Shown here piece by piece: positions 30,401 to 38,524 of a stretch of 64,000 nt of DNA (the stretch's first letter is position 1; every line of letters begins with the position of its first letter). The notes under the pieces are model-generated. The model saw nothing but the letters and a program-made list of their open reading frames with translations, was not told where the DNA came from and did no database searches. This stretch comes from a virus, in IMG/VR virus record IMGVR_UViG_3300021399_000161, positions 2,449 through 66,448 of that record. One strand, given 5' to 3'. Position numbers and translations under genes: made by a program.

Positions 30401-31273
30401 ATTGGCCAGAATGTTGACAGCGGCCTTGGCAATAGCATCACGGAAAATGCCGGGGATGTAGAGGACGCCGCCGAAAAACTTGCCGACACGTCCATCCTTG
30501 GTGTACTGGATACAACGCTTGATGAGAATTCTCCGTCCAAAGAAGCCGAGAAGAGAGGCAAGTATGTAAACGAAGGTCTCGCAAACGGTATAAGCGGCAA
30601 CGCAACAACGGTTACAGAGGCAGTCAGCGATCTTGTGGAAGATATGCTTGGAGAGATTGCAGGGCAGGACGCTCTGGCAGATTTCCTGTCCGCCGGTGAG
30701 GATCTGGCGGCTGAAGTCAAATCCGGGATGGAAACGGAGGATTTCTCCGGTGTAACAAGTACATGGTATTCGGGTATGAACTTCCCTAGCTTCAACACTG
30801 ATATGTATAATGCCGGTCAAGCGGCTTTATCGAACTTCAAGAGGGGTCTGAATGCGAGTACGATGCCAGTGATGTACTACTATGTTGATTCGTACGATGG
30901 GCACGATGTTGATGGTGACCGGATTGACGATAGCTGGACTCCTGTATATAAAGCCACGTGGCGGGCCAAGGGTGGTTTCCCGAACATGGGCGAACTGTTC
31001 GTAGCCAATGAGGCCGGACCCGAAATGATTGGTAAGATGGGAAGCAAAAACGTCGTAGCCAACAATCTCCAGATTACGGAGGGCATCAAGGCCGCTGTTG
31101 TGGATGGCATGATGGAAGTGGCCATGGCTACCGGCGGCAACAGTGATAACTCCGTGCCGTATGTCATCAATATGCGTGTCGTAACCGATGACGATGAGAC
31201 TCTGGCCAGAAGAGTTGAGCGCGGAAGAATGAAGAGGGAAAGCCGGTACAGTCCGACTCCCGCATATGTCTGA
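24431..31273 (+). CDS. tail tape measure protein (about 2280 aa)
   Basis: Giant Ala/Gly-rich protein with internal repeats of about 40 aa (W..NF..L..GI..AI..ALD). Confidence 0.85.
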   Translation: MGMEIDSLEIAIQAQAREASREIDGLYQKLGNVASALNRTASGYRSAAKEAGRMAAAFRSIASIRIPNFSGLIQQMESLSKIDFKGMTNKKFEIKVDVDVPKSASQVQFALEKAMDAVKVDSSKFADKLIDEYSLTGKAASTVRRLVSVMVAEMSAGFDGSGLSGVSSKFNDAWNQIDEVIREHGKIEAETVRDNRAMVSEQYAELAETMRGQSIVISDELKRGIGRTEFAEMIKEFPGLFVRSVSQAKNSILDLNSVWESWTAKAENGGKAGQFADILSRDVTNDADQVMQLVQALRIAKEEANKVRISGLGGESADLAGQSVRSSVLGMSTDITNALKNGFNRAMQESSKDLMIDVGVNQEKIVRDIQSAINSASNATFKPVKVTLDIDKANIKNRVSEELQNISEGNLTSIANAYKELVTQFSTLNTVAQNAKGVNNMINSIRRLADTDMGKFDSVKFSEMTSGIAALASMPDVSGTLSKLINSLIRLSGAASNMNAATSAIPAFTTAIRDMLGAVGQANADKGTVALLNTITRLSGSGQGMADAAQNMPLLTNSIREFFVAMSQAPVVHNNTLKMTQALARLAKDGGNVRDASVNVNHGFSDMSKSGSKLQSVLRGLSTVGNKIKSAFQGLATAVKDTVGNVAKGAGKIVAGFKNIGRGTNHIQKATLSLKNLLQVALGFYGIRTLFNWGKEALKLSSDLTEVQNVVENSFGTEGTKAVEEFASTSIKSLGMSELTAKQVASRFQAMGNAMGITAGQVAKATEQVSGRMEESYRNVGDGMGNMSIRLTMLAADMASFYNVEQDTVAEALNAVYTGQTRPLRQYGLDLTQATLQEWAMKQGIDADIQSMSQAEKTLLRYQYVMANTSTIQGDFARTSMTWANQIRILRQQFEVLGRTIGDVLVNTFRPLVVWLNTAMEQVIAFAETIGNALGKIFGWQIMHTPASNAADVYATLTDSLEDTAGAGDDTSSSLQDATKAAEDYKNTVLGFDELNKLNDVSERTSTPSSGSGGGSGAPSSAGLNPVSASGADFTSIKQPTWFEDYKSEIDSLRELGDYINTALTDAMNRIKWEEIYAKASGFGTGLANFLNGLISPGLFSAVASTISSSLNTALHFLDRFGNTFSWTNFGNSISAGLITFFETFDWKLAAKDFLTLTGGISTAIGAALDSFNASNGFELVGTKVGGYVKDVLTRFNYDIVADNFVKLVNGIKTAISSALDKMEENDGFGVVGRKVGHAVRKVLNTNDWQLSARNFSRLTNGIIRSIRSAVDEVGQNNGFFFIGSQISGFVATALGGIEWESEVYPAANSFASGLAGFLNGLFDENTFSTLGSTVAGLINTALHFLDTFGTEFEWGNFGISLAAGINSFFNTFNFEMLASAFNNWGLGILESLKTMLVTIRWFEIGQNIGNFIRAIKWENWFTGIADLLAAAVQAVIDTAKGIIDPSGLGNKLTGALDNIKTSCDKFVQAVDWATLAESVKKLVDALAPAVAGFAEGLTTAFSILADIGAVALNAIGIAFNLIANAINSLPEGLVEDFGKGLGIVAGALVTINGLDRVVSIIGGVTTKILGFGTATGTATTTVANAGGATTVTTGIFGQFAQAILKSSGFLEGALVSGAVEAGKGLQLLDEQTRGENGQLSEMGGVMDSIATQFSPEMESKIRDLKNELENNGATADEAASAFADFFTGEHVAPEKLESAMGVVRTEMSLTDEQGYLLDETLKRMGEQSGTTGQQMTMSQTDYIGFKDVLNEMVREGTLGGDMIEHLDGVLQQQVGAGTAKEAYDKVKTALSEMGVETDTFDTKVQEKVPGAFSTISNQSLTAEEKVQKVKDAFWTMAQGIGEKAGIIKSQAGDALGNVGEKADEADTKTGTFQTNLFAFAGGIFAQAGLMALMGTTFGTMGDKSETAKGKVNGLKDKVGEFVRSVKDKASEAETNSKTVGEIVPKAMGEAMENNKGKLELACTNMSKTIKDKTNEGLGWDGTSFAVVDVIGQNVDSGLGNSITENAGDVEDAAEKLADTSILGVLDTTLDENSPSKEAEKRGKYVNEGLANGISGNATTVTEAVSDLVEDMLGEIAGQDALADFLSAGEDLAAEVKSGMETEDFSGVTSTWYSGMNFPSFNTDMYNAGQAALSNFKRGLNASTMPVMYYYVDSYDGHDVDGDRIDDSWTPVYKATWRAKGGFPNMGELFVANEAGPEMIGKMGSKNVVANNLQITEGIKAAVVDGMMEVAMATGGNSDNSVPYVINMRVVTDDDETLARRVERGRMKRESRYSPTPAYV

Positions 31274-31408
31274 TAGGGCAGCCGGGGCAACCTGGCTCCC
31301 GCATATGTATGAGAGTGCTGAATTGAATGGCACTCTATAACCCTACAACACGGTGCGTCCTCATAATCGGGGATGCACCGTTTCCTATATATACGGGAGG
31401 TAACTGGA

Positions 31409-31777
31409 ATGGCTAACCACACAGGCATGCTGACGGTCGATGGAACTCCAATCAAGACGCCTTCGAGTATGACCATCGACTATCAGGACGTATCCACATC
31501 GGACGCCGGACGTACTCAGGACGCACTGATGCATAAGAACCTTATCAGCCGGAAGGTGAAGATGGCCCTGTCCTGGTCGAATCCGTCACCGGAGGATGCC
31601 CACACCATCTTGAGGGCGTTCTATCCGGAATACTTCAATGTGACTTACTATGATCCGCTTGAAGGGGATACGGTCACGAAGAGGTTCTATTCAGGAGACA
31701 AGAGCGCTCCGGTCAAGATATGGACGGCAAACAATAAGAGATACGAGACAATCTCTTTTGATATTATTGAGAGGTAG
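31409..31777 (+). CDS. tail component (putative distal tail protein)
   Basis: RBS GGGAGG; lies directly after the tape-measure gene. Confidence 0.45.
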   Translation: MANHTGMLTVDGTPIKTPSSMTIDYQDVSTSDAGRTQDALMHKNLISRKVKMALSWSNPSPEDAHTILRAFYPEYFNVTYYDPLEGDTVTKRFYSGDKSAPVKIWTANNKRYETISFDIIER

Positions 31778-31790
31778 GTGAGAACCGGGT

Positions 31791-34700
31791 ATGTATGCTA
31801 TAAGTTCTGCGTTCCGTACTCAGATTGAGAACGACAACCGCTTCTACGCCGTCCGGCTCGTCTTCACATTTGCCGACAGTACAACCCTGACGGTGACCAA
31901 TTCCTCCCTGTGGGCTGGCGGGGTACGGTTTGAGGACGCTGTTTCCGGGGATAACGAATTCCAGGTAGGCAGTGCCATTGTCAATAAGCTGTCAGTAACC
32001 CTCAATAACATAAATGACGAATTCAGCAGCTACGAATTCGAAGACGCCACTGTCGTAGCATATATCGGGATCAATCTTCCGAGCGGTGCGTCTGAATACT
32101 ATCGGCGCGGCACCTATATTGTAGACACTGCGACAGGACAGAACACATCCCTGATCAAGTTGGAATGTCTGGACTTCATGAAGAAATTCGACAAGGAGTA
32201 TGCCCTTGTCGTGACGAACTATCCGGCAACCGTCCAGACCATTGTTCGGAACATCTGTACGGCCTGCGGAGTCACCCTTCAGACCACTACGTTTTATAAC
32301 GGCACATACGTTGTTCAGAAACGCCCCGAGAGTGATGGCCTGACATGCAGACAGGTACTTGCCTATGCCGCACAGATTGCCTGTTCCTTCTGCCGTATGG
32401 ACCCGATTGGACGTCTCCAGTTCAAGTGGTACGGATCCGCTGACAGCCCCAATCACTCTTTTACTTCTATATATAATATAACCACGAGTCGGTTCATGGT
32501 CGATGTGACGGGCGTCAAGGTCACAGAGGAATTCCCGGAGACCGAGACCGCCAAGAAGGGTGAGTACCAGTACGGTGTTGACGGGTATGTTCTGGACATT
32601 TCAGGGAATGACCTGATCCAGGACGGCACTGCCCAGATAGTGGCCGAGGCAGTAGGCTCACGTGTGGTTGGGATGCAGTTCAAGGTGGTAGATGCCACTG
32701 TATCGTCTGATCCGTCCGTAGAAGCCGGTGATACGGCAACTATCACGGATGAGAAGGGGAATACCACCTTCTTCTATGTGACGAGGGTGGTTTTCGAAAC
32801 CGACAACAGTATGCAGGTCGGCTGTTCTGCGAAGTCTCCAGTGACGAAGGCATCTTCGCAGTATTCCGAGATGACGAGAGCACTCATCAAGGCAAGACAG
32901 ACAGCGGCAGCGCAAATCTCTGAGTATGACCTTGCTGTCCAGAACCTGACCACCCTGATGGCCGAATCGTTTGGTCTGTTCAAGACAGAAGAGGTTCAGC
33001 AGGACGGCTCCACTATCTACATCCTCCACAACAAACCAGACCTTGCAGACTCCAACATTCAGTGGAAGATGACCGCCGGGGCACTGGCAGTCTCCGAGGA
33101 TGGCGGACAGACATGGAGGGCCGGTATCGATGCACAGGGCAACGCCGTGGTCAACGTACTGTCAGCAGTGGGGGTGAACGCTGACTGGATAAGCGCCGGA
33201 CGCCTTGCCGTGTCTGATGCGGGCGGGACGCCTTTGTTCATAGCGGACTACGACACAAAGTCTGTATACATTTCCGGGGACAGAGTGTTTATCGGAGATG
33301 AGTCTGCTACGGATGCAATATCACAGCTGTCCGGCGTGTTAACGGTCTCGTTGTCGAACGAATCTCAGGGGATACCTGTTGACGCAGACGGAGACTACAC
33401 CACATTCCCAACCACTTTCACGAACATCAGGGTGTTGTATGGCGGGCAGGACGTAACCATGTCCTGTACCCTCACCGATAACCCGTTCGGGATAATAGGA
33501 ACCCTGACCAACAACGGTTCCTACTATACATATACTGCAACAGGGATGGATGCGGAGACAGGCTATGTATCGTTCACGGCAAAGTACAATACAGGGACGG
33601 AAACTGTACAGAACACCAAGCGTTTCAACCTGTACAAGGTACGGGCAGGCAAGGACGGCCCGGCAGGTATCGGCGAGGATGCCAGGATCTACTTCATTGA
33701 GCCGACAGCCGATATCCTGAAGCAGGGTCAGGACAATGCCTACATCCCGCCGTCCATTACCTTCTACGCCTACTACAGAACCGGAAGTTCCGTTGACCGG
33801 GTAGCCTATGCCGGGCTGTTCAAGGTGGAAGAGACTACTGACGGGACTACATGGACAACGGTTGAACAGCCAACCACAGTCAAGACTTCGACGGTCTACA
33901 CGCCGTCTTCCACGAACATAGCCGCTGTCAGGGCAACACTCTACGCAGAGGAAGACATCAAGACCACTATCTACGGTCTGGCAGGAGGGGACACGACATC
34001 ATTTATTGCTGATGCAGACGGAGCCATGTTCCAGATAGACAGAGAGGATGTACCCGTCTCTGGTGGCAAGCAGCTTGACATCCAGACCGCCGCAGTGGTG
34101 AAGGATGTCTCTGCACTGGATCAGGATCAGATATTCAATCTTCTGACAAATAACCGTCAGGACGATGCACTGATTTTCCAGAACGGTAGGATTTACCTCA
34201 ATGCCACACAGATGGCCACAGGCGTCTTGTGGTCGAGGAATTCCTCCGGCCCGCAAACCTACTGGAACCTTGAGACTGGTGTGCTACGCATAACCAAGAA
34301 CAACACCACCATCTTCAGCGCAGACACGTCAGGGAATGGCGTGAACATTGTGGCGAACAATTTCAGCCTGACAAGCGGGGAAACTATCGATTCGATAGCC
34401 GACAGTAAGGCAGATGCGGCACTGACAGAGGCCAAAAATTATGCGGATTCTGCCGCCGATTCAGCCGTGGACGGCATGTCCCAGAAGGATGTGTTCGACA
34501 AGCTGACCAAGAACGGGACAGTGCAGGGTTTGAGGCTGGCAAACGGCGAGTTGTATATCAATGCCACATATATCAATTCGGGAACATTGAATGCCGACAG
34601 GATAGGAACCGGCTCCATCAAGTCTTCAAATTATGCGTACTCATCCGGCAATTTCTCGACAGCTGGAACGCTTATTCAGATGAGTAATGGACTGATACGT

Positions 34701-35420
34701 TCCAAGCAGTTTGCGATTGATGGAAACGGGAATGCCATATTCAGCGGCACCTTGTCTGCCGCAACTGGGACGTTCTCCGGTTCGCTGTCTGCCGCATCTG
34801 GAAGTTTTTCTGGTTCGATTACTGGTGGCAGTATAAATATCAATAACAAGTTCAAGGTAGAGAATACGGGTGCTGTTACTGCTTCGGATATGACCATCAC
34901 TGGCGGGAGCATCAAGATTGGCAGTGCCTTCAACGTTACCAGTGCCGGTGCTGTTACGGCATCAAACCTGTCAATTACTGGTGGAAGCATATCAATTGGG
35001 TCGAACTTTTCGGTAAATACAAACGGGGCACTGACCTGCTCTGGAGCAACTATCAATGGAACTATACAATCCACATCCGGAAATCTGCGGACAAGGCTTG
35101 CAAATGGGGCACTGTCAGTAGGATCCATGTCTGGTTCAACCTATACCGAACATGGCAAAATCCAGTTTGATGCCCAATATAGTCGCATAGCTATTACGGG
35201 TGGTAGCAGTGTCTTTATGTATGCTCCAAACAATGTCACTATCTCTGCGGGGCAGTACGGGAATTATTACCTTTCGGTAGACAAAAATAACGGTTGTACG
35301 TTCAGCGATGGCTATTCCAGTGATGGACGGGTATATATTCCTACCGCGATAGATAGCAGCGGGGTAGTGACGAAGTGGGTTCTATTATATATACGCGGCG
35401 GGATACTGAAGACAGTGTAA
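31791..35420 (+). CDS. tail fibre / tail-associated protein (Tal-like) with C-terminal repeats
   Basis: 1209 aa; C-terminal repeats such as GSLSAATGTFSGSLSAASGSFSGSITGGSI and TGAVTASDMTITGGSIKIGSAFNVTSAGAVTASNLSITGGSISIG. Confidence 0.7.
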   Translation: MYAISSAFRTQIENDNRFYAVRLVFTFADSTTLTVTNSSLWAGGVRFEDAVSGDNEFQVGSAIVNKLSVTLNNINDEFSSYEFEDATVVAYIGINLPSGASEYYRRGTYIVDTATGQNTSLIKLECLDFMKKFDKEYALVVTNYPATVQTIVRNICTACGVTLQTTTFYNGTYVVQKRPESDGLTCRQVLAYAAQIACSFCRMDPIGRLQFKWYGSADSPNHSFTSIYNITTSRFMVDVTGVKVTEEFPETETAKKGEYQYGVDGYVLDISGNDLIQDGTAQIVAEAVGSRVVGMQFKVVDATVSSDPSVEAGDTATITDEKGNTTFFYVTRVVFETDNSMQVGCSAKSPVTKASSQYSEMTRALIKARQTAAAQISEYDLAVQNLTTLMAESFGLFKTEEVQQDGSTIYILHNKPDLADSNIQWKMTAGALAVSEDGGQTWRAGIDAQGNAVVNVLSAVGVNADWISAGRLAVSDAGGTPLFIADYDTKSVYISGDRVFIGDESATDAISQLSGVLTVSLSNESQGIPVDADGDYTTFPTTFTNIRVLYGGQDVTMSCTLTDNPFGIIGTLTNNGSYYTYTATGMDAETGYVSFTAKYNTGTETVQNTKRFNLYKVRAGKDGPAGIGEDARIYFIEPTADILKQGQDNAYIPPSITFYAYYRTGSSVDRVAYAGLFKVEETTDGTTWTTVEQPTTVKTSTVYTPSSTNIAAVRATLYAEEDIKTTIYGLAGGDTTSFIADADGAMFQIDREDVPVSGGKQLDIQTAAVVKDVSALDQDQIFNLLTNNRQDDALIFQNGRIYLNATQMATGVLWSRNSSGPQTYWNLETGVLRITKNNTTIFSADTSGNGVNIVANNFSLTSGETIDSIADSKADAALTEAKNYADSAADSAVDGMSQKDVFDKLTKNGTVQGLRLANGELYINATYINSGTLNADRIGTGSIKSSNYAYSSGNFSTAGTLIQMSNGLIRSKQFAIDGNGNAIFSGTLSAATGTFSGSLSAASGSFSGSITGGSININNKFKVENTGAVTASDMTITGGSIKIGSAFNVTSAGAVTASNLSITGGSISIGSNFSVNTNGALTCSGATINGTIQSTSGNLRTRLANGALSVGSMSGSTYTEHGKIQFDAQYSRIAITGGSSVFMYAPNNVTISAGQYGNYYLSVDKNNGCTFSDGYSSDGRVYIPTAIDSSGVVTKWVLLYIRGGILKTV

Positions 35421-35444
35421 ATAGAAGAGGAGACAATCACCAGA

Positions 35445-35702
35445 ATGTTTAACGGATATGATTTATTGGCCATAGAAAACGAGATCTACAACACCATAAT
35501 TGAGATCCTTAACAGAAATAACGTACCCGTGGACGTGGCCTACATCCTCATGGAAGCTGTTTGCAAAAAAATCAGTGATGGTGCTTATTTTGATGTGATA
35601 AATACAATAAGGCTCATGCAGAATCCAACCGTACCGAAGGATGCAGACGGGGCAAGCGCCGGTGAAGGACAGGGCGGAGTTGATGTCGTGGACGGAGAAT
35701 AA
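35445..35702 (+). CDS. hypothetical small tail-associated protein
   Basis: 85-aa ORF ending in a Gly/Asp-rich tail. Confidence 0.4.
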   Translation: MFNGYDLLAIENEIYNTIIEILNRNNVPVDVAYILMEAVCKKISDGAYFDVINTIRLMQNPTVPKDADGASAGEGQGGVDVVDGE

Positions 35703-35742
35703 TAGTTCGGACATCCAGATAAGAACAATAAGAACACCAATC

Positions 35743-35778
35743 AGGAAGGGACTGTCTCCCTTCCTATTATATTGATTG
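35743..35778 (+). terminator. Rho-independent terminator
   Basis: AGGAAGGGActgtcTCCCTTCCT hairpin followed by ATTATATTGATT. Confidence 0.55.
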
Positions 35779-35845
35779 CGGGTATTTACTGTCTGTACTT
35801 ATAGCTGACATTTCTACCCGTGCCTATCATAGGGAGGGAAACACC

Positions 35846-36349
35846 ATGGCAGATACCACCTATACAGTCAAGAAGATAACAGACCTTGCGGCAAACTCGA
35901 CTGCGAATGATACAGACGTGTACGTCTTAGGCAATCAGGGAACCGCTACCATGAGGAGGATCACATTCAGCACAATTGCGAGTGCGATCCTGAACAAGTT
36001 GGCCAGCTTTTCGTTCAGCAGCTTGACTACATCGAGTAAGAACCTGCCCGGCGCGGTAAATGAATTAAACTCGAAAATGGAGCTGACCCTTGTGACGTAC
36101 ACCGCGCAGTATACATGCGCCGCAAATAACGCGCTGGCAATTACTGACAGCGATTTCGGAATGTCAACACCGTCTGGTTTTACGCCGTGCTGTATTACTC
36201 AGGCAACCACAGGAAATAACAATGTGTTAATCCGTGGATACGGTGTAGGCGTTGGCAATAACGTTTTGATCGTCAGAAACGTGTCATCTTCTTCTGCATC
36301 TGCGACTGCAACAATAAGGGTTCTTTATGTCAAGTATGGGCGGCTATAA
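35846..36349 (+). CDS. tail-fibre tip / receptor-binding protein with switchable C-terminal domain (expressed copy)
   Basis: RBS AGGGAGGG; the C-terminal 93 aa after the NS(K/N) junction at 36066-36075 are homologous to three inverted cassettes at 37595-38460. Confidence 0.65.
   Translation: MADTTYTVKKITDLAANSTANDTDVYVLGNQGTATMRRITFSTIASAILNKLASFSFSSLTTSSKNLPGAVNELNSKMELTLVTYTAQYTCAANNALAITDSDFGMSTPSGFTPCCITQATTGNNNVLIRGYGVGVGNNVLIVRNVSSSSASATATIRVLYVKYGRL
36066..36075 (+). repeat. Shufflon core site TAAACTCGAA within the expressed fibre-tip gene
   Basis: The same 10-mer (or its 11-mer variant) occurs in inverted orientation at the 5' junction of each silent cassette. Confidence 0.6.
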
Positions 36350-36364
36350 AATGGCGGTTTAATT

Positions 36365-36383
36365 CAACCGGTGTTCGGTTTTC
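36365..36383 (+). terminator. weak intrinsic terminator after the fibre-tip gene
   Basis: AACCGgtgttCGGTT followed by TTTT; only a 5-bp stem. Confidence 0.35.
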
Positions 36384-36425
36384 CTGGCCTCTGGGGATGA
36401 TAAACTATCCCCGGAGGTGATAGGA

Positions 36426-37436
36426 ATGAGAGATGCACGGAGCATTATCGCACAAAATGTTCTCGGAACACTACTGAAGCACGACGTCGGCCAAGAAGTG
36501 ATTGACGAAACACAGGCAGCACTGGAGCGACAGCTTGACCGGTATGAAGTTCTACCCCGGTGTACAGAAGTGGCGGTGGTAGATGACAGCGCATTGAAGC
36601 ACCTGAAGGATTTTATCCTCTGCAAGAGGATAGAAGGCCGGTCAGAGCAGACTTTGAAGCGGTACTGGTACGAACTGGAGAAGCTGGTCATGTACTTCCG
36701 CAAGCCACTGTCGGATTACACCACGCAGGATCTACGGGATTACCTGGAGTACAGGAAGCGGAACGCCACATACAGGCAGGAGCTGTCCAAGACTACCCTT
36801 GACGGGATGCGGCGGATATACAGTTCCTTCTTCGCGTGGCTGACGGCAGAACGGATCATCAATTGGAACCCGACACTTGCCGTCCGCCCTATCAAGCACA
36901 AGAGGGCGGTGCGGGTGCCGTACTCCGCCGTTGAGATCCAGAAGCTGAAGGAAGCCTGTCAGACGAAGCGGGATGTGGCTATGGTTGACTGGCTCCTGTC
37001 TACGGGATGCCGTGTCGGGGAGCTGCCGACCGTCTCGGTCAGTGCCATAGACTGGCAGAGAAAAAGCTGTGTCGTGACGGGCAAGGGAGACAAGGAGCGG
37101 GTGGTGTACTTCACGGATGTGACGGCCATGCACCTGTCAGAGTATATAGCAGACCGGGGCAGTCAGAGTGATGCCCTGTTCCTTGGACGATCCGGGAAGC
37201 CTATGCAGATAGGCTCCATCCGTGCGGCAGTGCAGCGGATAGGCAGGCGGGCAGGAGTGGCGAAGGTCTTTCCGCATCGTTTCCGCCATACCTTTGCTAC
37301 GCAGATGTGTGCCAAGATGCCGGTCATGGAAGTGGCGTCCTTGATGGGGCATGAGGATATCAGTACCACACAGATCTACTGCCACGTAGATCCGGTATCT
37401 GTAGCGGCAAACTACCGACAAGCCATGGCGGGCTGA
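36426..37436 (+). CDS. tyrosine site-specific recombinase (Rci/XerD-like), putative shufflon recombinase
   Basis: R...HxxR...Y catalytic layout (RFRHTFATQM, HEDISTTQIYCHV); RBS CCGGAGGTGA; sits between the expressed fibre gene and the inverted cassettes. Confidence 0.85.
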   Translation: MRDARSIIAQNVLGTLLKHDVGQEVIDETQAALERQLDRYEVLPRCTEVAVVDDSALKHLKDFILCKRIEGRSEQTLKRYWYELEKLVMYFRKPLSDYTTQDLRDYLEYRKRNATYRQELSKTTLDGMRRIYSSFFAWLTAERIINWNPTLAVRPIKHKRAVRVPYSAVEIQKLKEACQTKRDVAMVDWLLSTGCRVGELPTVSVSAIDWQRKSCVVTGKGDKERVVYFTDVTAMHLSEYIADRGSQSDALFLGRSGKPMQIGSIRAAVQRIGRRAGVAKVFPHRFRHTFATQMCAKMPVMEVASLMGHEDISTTQIYCHVDPVSVAANYRQAMAG

Positions 37437-37524
37437 CCGGCGGCAACTGAACAGGTTTCAGTACACCGGGGACGGCTCCGGTGTTTTTTGCGTGCCCATA
37501 AGCGCTTGTAATTCAATTGGATCG

Positions 37525-37583
37525 ACTTGGAATAGGCTTGGAATTGACTTGGAATTGACTTGGAATTGACTTGGAAGTCAATT
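37525..37583. repeat. Tandem 11-bp repeat (GACTTGGAATT) in 4-5 copies, ending in the palindrome AATTGACTTGGAAGTCAATT
   Basis: Read directly; lies between the recombinase stop and cassette A. Confidence 0.6.
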
Positions 37584-37594
37584 AAACCGCCATA

Positions 37595-37897
37595 TCAGGC
37601 CATCGCAGAGGTTCTGATCCAGACGATTCCAAGCGTAGCCGTGCCAGATATAGCAGACGAGCCAATGTTTCGGATGCTGAAGGCCGTGCCGCTTGAGGAT
37701 GGCCAACCATTCGCCCAACGGATCAGCACGTTGGGATGCCCGGTATTGATGTTATACAGAGCAAAAGGAGTATACCCTGATATGGAGTCAATCCCCAACA
37801 TGGAGCCTGTAATATTCAAAGCAGCTCCGCCTGCAAGATCACTGTAGGTGTACGTGTATGACTGCCTCTGTACAAGGCCGGACAGGTTCGAGTTTTA
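37595..37897 (-). other. Silent alternative fibre-tip C-terminal cassette A (no start codon; TAA immediately upstream of the junction)
   Basis: Translation ...NSNLSGLVQRQSYTYTY...SGYTPFALYNINTGHPNVLIRW...SIRNIGSSAISGTATLGIVWIRTS aligns with the C-terminus of the 35846 gene; junction TAAAACTCGAA. Confidence 0.6.
37887..37897 (-). repeat. Shufflon core site (cassette A junction), inverted
   Basis: Plus-strand TTCGAGTTTTA equals TAAAACTCGAA on the minus strand. Confidence 0.55.
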
Positions 37898-38157
37898 TAT
37901 TATGACTCCAACCACAGTTCCAGCTGATGCTGTGTTTGTGATCGTGGCTGTCGTTCCACTCACCGACACGGTGTAATTAGATGCCGGGATTACCGGATTG
38001 ATGTTGTTCGGGATGAGAATATACAGACCACGAAATCCCGCCACACTGTTGTGACCAGTGAGCAGGATACGATAGGTCTGTTCACTCCCGAAGTCATATT
38101 GGCCCGTTGCTCCCTTTGCGACCGACACTGTGATCCTGGCGTCCTTCGAGTTTATAT
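37895..38157 (-). other. Silent alternative fibre-tip C-terminal cassette B
   Basis: ...DINSKDARITVSV...DFGSEQTYRILLTGHNSV...; junction ATAAACTCGAAG. Confidence 0.5.
38145..38154 (-). repeat. Shufflon core site (cassette B junction), inverted
   Basis: Plus-strand TTCGAGTTTA. Confidence 0.55.
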
Positions 38158-38460
38158 CACTCCTGAGCGAACATAAATCACGCTTACAGCAGCTGTTGCA
38201 GTTACGCTTGCATTGGATATATTGCGGCAAATCAGGATTGACCCGGAAGCAGCGTTGCCATAAAAAGCCTGGAGAAGAACAACATTGCTGCCGGTCGTGG
38301 CTCTCGCAAGTGCTATCGGCGTGTATCCACTCGGGGCTGATATGCCGAAGTTGTTATATGTCAGCCACACGGTGTTGCCGGAACCGACAGTATATTCGGC
38401 TGTGTAGCTCACGATCTTGAACAGCTCCGCCAGGTTCGAGTTTATTTTGTTCCCCATCAA
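38152..38460 (-). other. Alternative fibre-tip C-terminal cassette C (has ATGATG but no good RBS)
   Basis: MMGNKINSNLAELFKIVSYTAEYT...APSGYTPIALARATTGSNVVLLQAFYG...ILICRNISNASVTATAAVSVIYVRSG is strongly homologous to the expressed C-terminus. Confidence 0.6.
38435..38444 (-). repeat. Shufflon core site (cassette C junction), inverted
   Basis: Plus-strand TTCGAGTTTA; flank CAGGTTCGAGTTT shared with cassette A. Confidence 0.55.
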
Positions 38461-38524
38461 CTAGGCTGCATGGCCTTTTCACATCAGACACCATAGTAAA
38501 TCACACCATAGGAGGGCGCCGCCA

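Noticed and set aside
24427-31476. Numerous minus-strand ORFs antisense to the tape-measure and tail-fibre genes
   Set aside because: All lie antisense to long, well-supported structural genes and lack ribosome-binding sites.
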